64,000 nt of DNA from Lama guanicoe (lineage: Eukaryota): contig MU054187.1 of the NCBI GenBank assembly GCA_013239625.1, positions 870,001 to 934,000 of the forward strand. Direction: 5' to 3'. Under the pieces are notes generated by a model. The model saw only the letters and a program-made list of their open reading frames with translations. It searched no databases and was not told the DNA's origin. A program made the position numbers and the translations under genes. Below are positions 24,926 to 36,955 of this stretch, one piece after another. Numbering within the stretch: the stretch's first letter is position 1; each line of letters opens with the position of its first letter.

Positions 24926-27900
24926 AATGTACCCTGGATTGAGTGACACAAAATCCCTCAGGACGTGGGACATCGGTGTCTGTGGACTGTCCCTGAAAAG
25001 CCTGAGGAGTTGGGATGACCGTCCAGGTCACCTCCAGGCTGAGCTGCTGAAACAGGACCGATCAGGTGGCAGAAGTTCAAGGCAAGGGGTGGCTCACAGG
25101 GTACGTTTCTCCGTGAGGTAGAAGAAAAGGTCCTTGAGAAGGAGGCAAAAAGAGACGGCAAATCCGAGCATTCCGGGGAATTTCTGTCCCGGGGAGGACA
25201 GAAGACAGGAGACGGGGAGCTGCGATTCGTAAGAACTGTGAGCATCGTGAGGTCTGGTGTGTGGCGTACCGAGCGGTCCTTGCGCTGTTCAGCCTCCCTT
25301 ACAGGGCACAGTAGTCCGTGTCCTTGTGTTGTTTCTCGCTGTTACTTTTTTTCTTTTTTGATTGAAGTACGGTGTCTTTCAATGTGTCAAGTTCTCTGTT
25401 ACTTTTTAAAGTTGTCTCCATCATCTGTTTCCACAGTGTTTAGAACAGTTGTTGCCCATGTGTTCATCAGCTCCTTTCCTGTTATCAGGAAGATCGTTTC
25501 ATCAATACATTTTCTTCCTGGCAACTTTGATACATGAAATAACTTTTCCTTGAATATACATGGATCAGATCAAACTGTACTGACTAATTCTACTGTTTTT
25601 AAACAATCCTTTTAAGCAATTTGGGGCAACGGTGATCATCTACACATTGTAATCGTGCCTTTTTTTTGGGTGGATGACCTCATATTTCTAAGTAATATTC
25701 TATTGTATTGTCTGAAATTCCAGGCCAGTATGAAAAAATTATTTTGATAGAATATACATGCTTATTCCTGGTAGGTATTCAGGTCTCTCCATCAGTTTAG
25801 TTAATTTTTAAATGTCAGTTTGAGGATGTATCATTCTTTTCTTCAGAGTGATGCTTTCTTATCAACGTGAGTTTCAGACTTCATTAAATTCCCTCAGAAG
25901 CTGTTGAGATAGCCACAGTCTTTCAACCCTTTGGTTTATTGAAGTCATGTCACGTTTCCTTCCTATTAATTTTTCAACCCGAGCGCAGTATGGCTCACAT
26001 GTGAACAGTTAAAAACTGCTTTTCCAGGCTTCTTTGCTAGTGGGCAGTCTGCACCGTTAGCATTTCACATTGAGACGTACAGGGGAGATGTCGTCTTGAT
26101 CCGTGTCTTCCCGATTGTTCCCCAGAATTTATTACTGTCGTCAACAGCACACACTGGATTGTGCTGCTTTCATCTCGTCTCTGACGGCTTACGACGGTGT
26201 CAATACTTCTTGTAATTCTAAACTCTAATATTATTTAAAAATGAATTTCCCAAACATTTATATACATACATGTATTTTTTTTTGGTAATTTCTTAGAATT
26301 TTTGAACATGAACCAAAACACTCTTCTTTTTTAAAATATAAGAAATAATTTTGGGGCTCCTCTCAATCCCCTCAATTCCCTAAATTTTACTTTTTATTAA
26401 GAGATTTTTTGATTCCTCCCTCTATTTTTCTTTCTCTCTTTCTCTCCTTCTTTCTCATTCTAAAGATGCTGTAGATTTCCAGATTTAGCTTTGATTTTGC
26501 TCCCACGTTTTCCTTAATAGCTAAGATTATGCACCACGTCTTCCAATTGTATTCACAGAAGCAGTTTTTGTCCCTGTGCCACTGCAGTTGTCAGAACATA
26601 AGATGATTCAAAGTGAATGTCATACCCAATTTTACAAAAAGACTTACATAATAAATAATTATTACTATGACATTTTGTGCCGCTTGGTTCACCACAAGGG
26701 GGTAGTGTTTTTGCGCAACTGAGTGGAAACGAAACCTGCAAGCTGACAGAGCAGGAGGTACCATGTGAAAACCAGGAAAGGGTCCTTCGGGCAAGAATTT
26801 CAGGAAACACTGGGGGAAGAAAAGTTAAACAGGACTCTTTATGGGGGAACGTCTTAAACCCTTTCTGTACCAAGGTGAATCAGGAAGAGAAACAGATCAC
26901 AGTGTTTCCCAAATCTATTTAGATGTGTTTTTTTAAAAAAAATTTTTAACAGAACATCTCTAAAGACCAATGTTCTGAGCAATCCACTTAAAATAATTAA
27001 AATAGAAATACTGATGGTTGATATTTAGCTATTTTTGTTCTTGACGGTCAGTTATTTTAACCAAGTGTTCCCATTTTTGAATCCTTAACTTTTAATTGTC
27101 ATTATTTTAATCATTTTTAGAAGTTTTATTTTTATTTCCAGAATGTTACATCTGAAAATGAATTCCGACAGGCCTGCGTTTTTGCCATTACCTTCCTGTT
27201 CAATCATTTGGCGCTACAGTTCTGCAGTTTTTGGTCACAGATTTGTTGGAGAAAATGCTTTTCCCTCTTCCAACTTGAGGCTAGTGACTGAGGTCCCGCA
27301 AATTAACCGACAACAGACAGGTTGGGGGAGAAAAGACGAAAGTGCCTGAGTGCGAGGTTTATGTACGGAGTTAACAGAAGAGGGGACAGGACTTCGGTGG
27401 GATGTGGGAAGGTTCTGGTGCGCTTCCTGATACGAGTGGACAGCTGACCTCACAGTCCCTGATGTAAGGGTCAGTCTTTCCCTGAATCATTAACTCCCAC
27501 AGGTGGGGGACCATGGCAGCTGCATTTTCAGCAAATGCGTCCTGTGTTTAAAGTTTCTTTCTGTAGCTGCTGACTGTTTAGATGTTTTTACTTTAATTTC
27601 CATCCTACTTGGATGGGTTGTTAATCTCTTTGGGTTTCAGATTCCTGTTGTTTGGCAATTTCAAATTTTTTGAATGAGTCACTTGTCATAAAAGGAACCA
27701 ATAATCAAGCAAAATAAACACGTTCCAAAAGAAAAACAAATGCAGAACTGAGTAAGTCACTCACGAGTTCTCCGCTGACCTCTGCAGCTTTACCTCCTCA
27801 GACTGAGTTCTGGGCGAGACCTGTTAGTTACCCTCGGGTGCCCCCAAGACTCACCTGCCCCACTTCAGTGGGTTTGAGAGAGATATTCTGCCCTCACTGC

Positions 27901-28129
27901 CAGGTTCCTGGCTGTGAGGGAGATAATATCTGTCCTGGAAAATGGAGGCAGAAAATGGTGCCTCCACACAGCCCCGCGTTGCAGGGGCTGCGTTCCTCCC
28001 TCTCTGCCTCGGTGGCAGAACTCCAACACGTTCCCAAGGTGTGCCCTAGTGCACACGCCTGCCACTTTCCTAACAACGTGTGTAAGCAGGACTCACAAAC
28101 GTTGTGGATTCCTCGCCTGGGGTCCAGCT

Positions 28130-29510
28130 TCTGCACCGCAAAAGCAGCAACCAACAAAATGAAAAGGTGGCCTCCAGAATGGGAGGAAATACTCGCAGTC
28201 TGTGTACCGTCAGCCCTCCGTATCCTGGGGTTCTGCATCCACAGGTCAACCAACAATAGATCAAAAATATTTGAAAAAGATCTAGAAATTTCCAGAAAGC
28301 AAAACTTGAATCTGCTACACACTGTTTACTATTTACAAATCATTTGCATTGTACTTACAACTGTTTACATAGTGTCTATATTGTATTAGGTGTTTTACAT
28401 AATATAAAGGTGATTTAAAGTATAGAAGAGGACGTGCCTAGGTTATGTGCAAATACTCCATTTTATAAAAGAGACGTGACATCCTCAGTTTTTGGTATCT
28501 GCCGGGGGAGGGGGGGCCCTGTCCTGTAATCAATCTTTTGTGAACAACAAAGGGGGACTGTGTTGGACAAAGAGTTAACATTCAAAATATATAAAGCACT
28601 CATTGAACTCAATAACAGAGAAACACCAATCTGATTAAAGAATAGGCAAAGTTACTAAACATTTTCCAAAGAAGACAACAGTTACACAAAAGGATGCTCA
28701 CCATCGCTGATCATCAGGGAAACACAAATCAAAACCACAAGACGGTATTACCTCATGGCTCCTAGAATGGCCACCATCTAAAAGACCACCACTAACAAAT
28801 GCCGGTGAGGATGTGGAGAAAAGAGAACCCTCGTGTGCTGTTGATGGGAATGTAAATTGATCCAGCCATTGTGGAAAACAATATGGAGCTTTCTCAAAAA
28901 ATTAAAATATTTACACCAAATGGTCCAGGATTTCCCAGGGTATCAAAAAGACACCTGTTCTCCCATGTCTGCTGAGCAGTACTCATAATGGTCGACGTAA
29001 GGCAGCGACCTGCGTGTCCATCAGGATGACAGGAGAGGGACGACGCGGGGCGTGTGTGCACAGTCGGGTATGTTTCACCCTGCCATTTGCAGCAACATGG
29101 GGGACCCTGGCACAGTGTGCTGAGATAAGTCAGATAGAGAAACATAAATATTATATGATATCACATACAGGCGGAATCTAAAAAGGCCAAAGTAGTAAAA
29201 TTAGAAATTAAAAGGGTGGTTACCGGGGTTGAGGAAGATGCTGGTTCAAGGGGATTACGTGCAAAGAGTAGTAACTAAGCTGCAGATAGCCAGCACACAG
29301 AACAGCGAATGTAGACAGTAACATTTATCATAAACACCAAACTTGCTAGTAGACAATTTTTCCAACCACCTAAAAGAAATATGATAGAGGTGCTAATTAT
29401 AACACAATGGCAGTGACTTAATAATTTGTAAATGTACCGTATTCACATGTTTACTCCTCACATTTACACAATGTTATATGCCAAATATAGATCAAAAATA
29501 AAAATGAGTG
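28130..29510 (+). mobile_element. L1 (L1MA-like) ORF2 3' end and 3' UTR, interrupted by MER2
   Basis: gcttctgcaccgcaaaagcagcaaccaacaaaatgaaaagg...gtgaggatgtggagaaaagagaaccctc...agataagtcagatagagaaac...acaatgttatatgccaaata. Confidence 0.85.
28207..28560. mobile_element. MER2-like non-autonomous Tigger (Tc1/mariner) DNA transposon
   Basis: Starts after TA with c(c)gtcagccctccgtatcc and ends ...gggggactg (degenerate inverted termini). Internal gtgatttaaagtatagaagaggacgtgcctaggttatgtgcaaatact matches MER2. The L1 ORF2 is collinear on both sides. Confidence 0.8.
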
Positions 29511-29519
29511 TGAAAGCAA

Positions 29520-31380
29520 ACTCCAGCTAACCTGATGCGTCATGGATGAAGACCAAACGCGTCCCCTCTGAGATGGGGCAGTTCAGGAGCCACTGTGACG
29601 GCCGCTGTCTGAGCTGGCATGGGGAGTTCTGGCCAGCGCGATGAAAAGCAAGCAAGAAGGAAACAAATAGCAGCCAGATACAAAAAACTGTCGTTATTCG
29701 CAGATGATGTGATTGTCTAAGTGGAATCTAGAAAACGCAAAATTTGCCCACACAATATAGTGAAAAAAGTTTTGAAAAGCAATTCAACATGAGAGAGTTA
29801 ATCTTTTCAACAAATGGTACTGGAGTAGTTAGTTACCTACAGGTGAAAAAGGAAACCTTGATATAAACCTCGAGCCTTTTAAGAAAATTAAATCAAAATA
29901 GATTATAGATTTATGTGTAAAATGTAAAACTATAACACTTTGAGGAGAAAAATCTGCGGGAGCTGTGGCTTGGTGAAGAGCTCTTAGACATGACACCAAA
30001 AGCATGCAGTACACAAAGTAAGGTTGTTGGTAAATCAAACACCATGAAGTTAAAAACTTGATATGTAGGAGGCCCTATTAAAAGGATGAAAAGCAAGTTA
30101 GACGGGAACTTACAGTTACCAGGGGGCAAAGGGGGTGGGGAGAGATAAACTGGGAATTCGAAATGTGCAGCCCTTGGGGAGAGATGGAAATGCTGGCTAT
30201 CTTGACTGTGGTGGTGCTTTCATGGGTGTGTGCATCTATCAGAATTTATCAAAGTGCACACCTGAAATACGTGTAGTTTACTGTGCAGGAGCCAGACCAC
30301 AATAAAGGTATTACCCAAGAAGGTTCTGCGGTGGATGATGTGATGGTTATGCAGTGGTGTGGCTGCAGTTAGCGCCACTGACTGTACACTGAACAATGGT
30401 TAAAATGGTGAACTTGGTGATATATGTATGTTACCACAATGTGAAAAATCATCTCTACAGAGAAACTGAAATTCTACATATTCAGGCAAATGCAAAAAGC
30501 TTCATGGTCATCACAATAAAAATGAGATTTTTGGGGAAAAAACCAAGTCAGACTGAGAGAAGATATTTTCAAACCACAAATTTGACAAATGACTAATTTT
30601 TAGAATATATAAAGAACCCTCAAAACTGAACAATAAAGTAAAAATCCAAATGAAAAATGGCAAAAAGATACAGACACTTCTTGAAGAGAATGACAGCGAA
30701 CTCATGAACAGGTGGCCAACATCACCAGCCTTCAGGAAAGTGCAGTCAATACCATGATAAGCTATCAGCCCATAGCTGTCAGAATAACTAAATTAAAAAA
30801 AATTAATAATAGTGGCAACATCAAATGCTGGCAAAAACGTGGAGAAACGTGACCTCTAACAGACCTCTCATACTTTGCTGATGGGAATGTAACACGGAGC
30901 AGCTACACTGGAAAATAGTTTGAATTTTCTCCGAATGCTAAACGCACACTTTGCATGAGACCCAGCATCCACGTGTGTGCAAAATCCCGGCTGGTTCGTA
31001 GCATCCATTTGGGTCACAGCCAACTCCTCATTCCTGAAGCAGCCGAGGTGCAGAGAGGGGAAACAGCTCAGCAGTTGCCAGTAGCTGCGAACGGCGCGGG
31101 AGGAAGGGGTGCTTGTGACCACAGGGGGTGCCGAGAGCGGGACCCCCGTGGTGACGGGACAGCTGTGCGTGTTGGTCGTGGTGGCGGTTACACAGATCTG
31201 CACAGGTGATAAAAAGGCACAGAATCACCGTGCACATTACGCGGACGTCAGGTTCCTGGCTCTGACGTCCTGCTGTGCTGATGTGAGATGCAGCCGTCGG
31301 AGAAACCGGGCGAGGGCGCACAGGACCTCTGTGCATGAGGTGGCAACGCGCGCGAGTCTGTAAGTGTTTCAGAATAAACA
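29520..31380 (+). mobile_element. Mosaic of L1 ORF2 and 3' fragments, including a young L1 3' piece at ~30108-30310
   Basis: gcagatgatgtgattgtcta, cttttcaacaaatggtactgg, cttagacatgacaccaaaagcatg, ctggaaaatagtttg, plus L1M-like tails. Confidence 0.75.
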
Positions 31381-34300
31381 TACTGCAGGTAAGCGAACCC
31401 ACGAGTTGCCACAGTTTTTAATTTTATTGAAGATGACAGCTTTGCACACTGACTGTAGAAAATTAAGCCTTTTAAATCAGCTGGTATGTGTATAATGTTG
31501 ATATCTATTCTATATTTCTTTGTTTCGATTCTTTCATTCCACAAATAAAGGGAGTGTTCGAGGCATAACATTCAAAATTGTTATTGGCTAAAAAATGTTG
31601 CTTTTGTAAAAATCCTGCCTTGAGTAAGTACTTAGCGCAGCGACGTGGAGCAGGTAAAGGCGAGAGCCACGCGCCTGAGGTTCCGTGTGTGTTTCCAGGT
31701 CACAGCGCTTCGTTCAGATCGGCCCCGTTCCAGGGGCTCCGGAGCCCTGCGCGGTCAGCTGCCGCCACACGGACAGAGCGGACCAGAGCCTCCACACACG
31801 AGGCCACCTTCCCGTGACAAACGTCTTACCCGTGGTTGGGAAGAGCTGTTTCTTCAGAGAGAGTAAGTGAGCTTCTGCACCACGGTCCTCAGCCCACGCC
31901 CGCCGGGAGTGGGTCCCAACCCTCTTCCTGCTGTGCCCGGATCTGGGCTCAGAACCTCCTCCTGACTCCCCTTGGGAGAGCTGTAAGGAGGAGGGACCCT
32001 CCCGGTGGGTGAGGCGACGGGGAGCGAGCTGGGACCCCTCCCCGGCAGGGCTGGTGACGTGCACGCTGGTCGCGTCTCCAACACTGTGCAGAGATGGAAT
32101 GGCTTGGACAGCTGTCCTCTCCCCTCCTCTTCCCCTCCTCGCGCTTCCCTCCAGATGCGGGGGATGCTGGAGGCCCGCGGCTTTGGGGGATCTGGAGAAG
32201 CAGAGCCAGGGCTCAGCAGGACGGACTCGTGTGACTCAGTCACTTCCGTTCACAGCCCTGGGGGGGCTCTGCCGCTGGACTAAGAAGTGCGGGCGGACCG
32301 TGCGTCACACACCCCACTGGCGGCCAGCCGCGTGGAGGGAGCTGTGAATCACCGTGCTGCGCCCTCTGACAAGAGGACAGCGCGGAGTCACTGCCACGCG
32401 CAGACCCAGTGGACGCGGCCGCGGCGAAGCCTGCGGGAGGGCGCAGAGGGGCGGGAGGCTGCCAGGGAGCAAGCGCTTGTTCTGGTTCTCTGGACTCTCC
32501 TGCTCATACCGGTTAGCTTTTTGCAATTTGTAATTTGTTATGGTTTCCTTTTTGTTCTGAGTTAACACTCACTTTCAGATTTACCTTTGTAACCTTCATT
32601 TTTTCCCCTTAGTGAAGACCCCCCCGACTGCATAAGCCACGAAACCCAGACCCTTCCCGCTGCCCGGGTAGCATATGCCATTCACAATATCTATTTCATT
32701 GTGTTTTCAACCGAAACTGGACCGGAGACACAGCCGCAACAAACAGAAGCGGTCTGCCCTTAGTGCCCGATCAGTCTGCTCTCCTGTTTTCCCCTCTATT
32801 AAAATACCTTCATGACTAATAGAAATGTCCAGAATTATCTAGAAAGAAACAAAAGTGGTAGCAGCGTGACTTACGTTGTCTTCATGCCGTAGCGGCTGGT
32901 GAATTAAGACAGCTGTGAGCTGGGAAACGGTCTCCTGTGAGAAAGCCTCAGTGCGCAGCACGTGCAGATCTTCCCGTGTGACTCCTCCCTCAATGACCCG
33001 CTTCAGTTACGAGCCGCCGGGTAAGCACTCGGCCCTCCTGGGCCGGTCCCGCCCCAGGACGCAGCGCAGCCGGGCGGTGGGGTGATGGAGCGACGGGAGA
33101 ACGGGGTCCCCCACGTGCTCCACACGTGCTCCATCCTTACAGCCGTCCACGCGTCCATCTGTCCGGCCCGCACTCACGCGCTGACTTTCACTCTATGCCT
33201 CTGTTCTACGTGGAACATAAAAAAGTCAAAAATAGTGAATTACTTTGAACAGCGGAACAGAAAAACCCCTGTCAGTGCGGACTATCCACGTTGCAGGGCG
33301 CGTGATCACAGGTGGTGACGCAGCCCACCCCCACCCCCCTTTGCGGTCCAGCTGGTAAAAACCCCTCCCCCACAGGAGCCCTGAGACACCCCCACCAGGA
33401 GAGCGAGATTCTCGAAGCCAAACAGCAGTGAGACACGTGGAGCAGAAAGCGGGTCGGTGACTTCCAGTCCCTAAGGAAAGCTGAAGCTGGAGGACGGACG
33501 CAAGAAGAATACAGCATGAGCAAATGTTCGCAGCCAAAAGTCCAGCTCATTCGGGAGGATCGGTGACGTGTTCTGAGGCTCGCTTCCTATCCGACACAGA
33601 CCCTAACCCTCACCCTCCTCCCCACTCCCCTCACTGTGCTGTTTGCAGCGCCCACAGGACCCTAAGTCCCTCCCCAAATCGTCTGCCTGTCTTTGGTCCC
33701 CCAGCCACTCTGTCTGCCTGGCATGGTCGCCCTTCACCCCTCCCCAGAGGGATGGAGATCATTTATGCCATGACCTCATTTAAAATCCGTAAGGAATTCT
33801 CTACTAAAATATGTAACTTGAGCAGCTTATCATCGTGGGAGGGCCTGAGTCATCCAGCCCTAAATTTCCTTTTCAGTTTTCCTTCTAGGTTCTCAGTCAT
33901 GTAACCCCGTGTCCCACTTACACAGAACTACCACTGACTTAAGGGAAAAAAGCAGAAGAGTTCCCGCTGACACCTTTGTGCCTTTACCTGTCTTCCTCGT
34001 AACCTTTCCAGCCCATAAAACTCACTCTTCTGTGACCCAGTGTCACACTTGGCAAAGCGTTTCCAAGAGAAAGTGGTTAGAATTCCCTCTCTCCTACTTT
34101 GTGCAGGAGCAGAGGGCCGGCCTCCCCGTGTGCTCCCCAGCCTCCCTGGTGACTGTGCAGGAGCGACTTCAGCGCTTGACGGCGTGGGGTGTGCCTGTCT
34201 CTGCCTGAGACCCTGCCACAGGGCGGGTCCGGGCTCTGCCGTTTCGTGCTCATCGCATATGGCTCTTTAAATATTTACTAGTGATTCAATGAATGTTGAA

Positions 34301-36730
34301 TATGCCTGGCCGTTGACATGACTTACACATTTTGCTCTAAAACAATTTGTAATGATGACCTATAGCGATGAGCCCGAGGCCGAGCAATGGCGATTTGCCC
34401 CTGGGACATGTTATCTCTCTCTTCCAGGACGGCGTCTTCGCCTCCTTCGTCTACGCTGCAGCTCACGTGCGCGCAGTCACGTGCTCCGTAAACCTGACTA
34501 GTTCTCGGAAGTTCACGTGATGTCTCAGATTGTGGCCTCTAAGTTTAAGTACTTTCACTGTCGTCCTTGTGCAAACAGAATTCAAATCATCACTTCAGGA
34601 CAGTCGGCAGCTTTGAGGAGGAAAATACCCCCGTGTTATTAGACGAGCAGTGTTAGAAACAGAGCAGCTGGAATCAGGCTCAGACCTTTTATGAACGAAC
34701 ACCTCCCTGTGCCCATCAGGTGTGCATGATCTAGTCACCTCCTGACTTTGAAAATGTGGACTCGACCACCGATCCACACACACACACACACACATTTTCA
34801 GTATTGATTTAAGGTCGCTTCCTATACTAATTTAAGTGATAGTTAAGTTATCTAAGAACATAAACCTATTATTTGTTTCTGGGAAACTGTGCTCCCAATG
34901 CCATCGCTCTGAGAGCAGGGAGGTGTCTGGGCACCGCTGGTCCGGTCACCAGGGTATCAGGGTGGTGCTGATGCCTGGTGGTCAAGGACGGGACGCTGAC
35001 ATGCACGTCAGTGCTGGGGAGAGCGAATCCAACGTCCTGTGGTGATTGTGGAAATAAATACAGAAATCTGAAGTAAGAGGTAATAGAAAGTCGAGATTCA
35101 AGAATGCACCACATTTAGTCAAAAATACAAAACCACACAGTAAGTCACAGATGTCAGGTACTTCAGGAGACGGTATGAAGAGGGTCGGTACCCACTTTCC
35201 AGCCCTGAATCACGTGGTGTTATTCCCTAGGTCATTTTCAGTGAATGCTTCATGGCCTCTGGCGATTGTTCTGGATTCACTCACTGTGTCAAATGCATCA
35301 AATGATCACAAATTGAAACTTTCTCCTGTCGGACTGGAAGGACCTTTCCATCCCTCCTCGTCTGGTGACCCTGCTCGCTGTCCAGACACCTGAGTTCCAC
35401 GTCCACTGTGTCCTGCTGGTGTCTCTGTCACACCATCTGCACATTTCCCTGCAATCTGCATTTCCCTCTTCACCACTGGAACATGCATCTCTTTAAACTC
35501 TGGGGTTGGATTTCAATTTACAAAACCACAAAACGAATCCTTGCTGTGTGCTGTTATGTTGCTGGTGCTTGGTTCTCAGTAAGCGTGTAATGAAGGGGCC
35601 ATTTAGGAAGCACCTTGTCTCTCGAAGCAAAGTCTAGACTGAGCCCTGCGAGGGTCACACGTGGTTAACACTCAGTCTCACGATGGAAGTGAGCGTGACA
35701 CTGTTAGCTGCAAGAGAGTCCCTGGATACAAAGTCCCAGCCACATGCCGCCAAATGCTTGGTCCACACTTACAACCCGATTGTGTTGGACACTCTTCTAA
35801 AAGATATGTTGTTACTCTGGTTTGTGTTAAGCTGCATGGAGTTGAAAAGCACAGAGCTGGAAACACCTGAACACTAGAAAACCTGCCGGAAAACAAGTCC
35901 AGCACAGCACGTCCCCTGGGGTCCCTGCAGGCAGAGGCACAGAGAGCTGCCCCCAGAGCCAGCCCTCCATGCACCTGAGAGCCTCCTGGTGCTGAGAAAG
36001 GTTGTAGATGAAGATTTCTTTCTTTTGTTATAAAATGATAATCATTTCTGAAATTAAATGTGAGAACATACCAGAAGAAACACAGCTGGTTTTTTCAGAG
36101 AAATTCCCCAAGAAGAATGCGTTATAGAAGGACACTAATGGCAAGTGTAGACAGAGACCAAAATCCAGAGACTGGGAGAGCTGCTAGGGAGATTTAAGGT
36201 AGACGTTTCCGCATAGCTGGACAAAGACCATTTCAAGGGCTATAAAATCCAAAAGGAAAACATAAAGGGGTGGGGTCTACAAACTGAAGGTCTGTTTTTT
36301 TGAAACCATTTCTTTGGAGAAAAAATAAATACCATACTCACCAGAGGGAGGGGTTAGGGGTTCTGCGTTTCTCATTTGAAGTCAGGAAGGACCACTAGCG
36401 CTGAGCCCTGCACCTGCGGGCGAGTGGATGAGGGTCCGCCCCACACACGGCGGGTCCAGGAGCTGGGGCCTCGCGTTTTCTCTAACGTCCGGGTTGGAGG
36501 CAGGGTTGGTTGAATGGGGGGCCTTCTGTTCTCCAGGAGTTGAGGGCCAAGCAGGCACGGGGGGAGCGGCATGTGGGGCACAGCTGTGGGCAGTGTTAAT
36601 TTGTCCAGGGACTGCCTGCAGGGGTCTCAGGAAACGCGGCCCCAGAGGAATAGAATTCACAGGATGGCAGTGGGAGGGGTCCAGCAAGAGGGCCTCAGGG
36701 GAAAGAGCAGAGAAGCCATTCCTACTCCTA

Positions 36731-36888
36731 TTCTTCTTCCTCTTCTTCTTTCTTCTTCTTCCTCTTCCTCTTCCTCTTCTTTCTTCTTCTTCTTCTTCTT
36801 CTTCTTCTTCTTCTTCTTCTTCTTCTTCTTCTTCTTCTTCTTCTTCTTCTTCTTCTTCTTCTTCTTCTTCTTCTTCTTCTTCTTCTTC
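36731..36888. repeat. (TTC/GAA)n microsatellite, about 36 pure units at 36781-36888 with a degenerate lead-in
   Basis: Read directly. It explains the poly-E/K/S/F ORFs in the track. Confidence 0.97.
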
Positions 36889-36955
36889 CCACAATGTGTC
36901 AGTTTCTGGTGCACAGCATCATGTCCCATCATGAACATGCACACGCACACACATG
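36889..36955 (-). mobile_element. Very short L1 3'-terminal remnant whose tail is the GAA repeat
   Basis: acaatgtgtcagtttctggtgcacagcatcatgtccc matches the antisense L1 termini at 22620 and 51260. Flanking direct repeat aagccattc at 36713-36721 and 36960-36968. Confidence 0.75.

Noticed and set aside
27140..27640. Possible ERV LTR remnant
   Set aside because: LTR-like in texture only. I could not fix the termini or the family.
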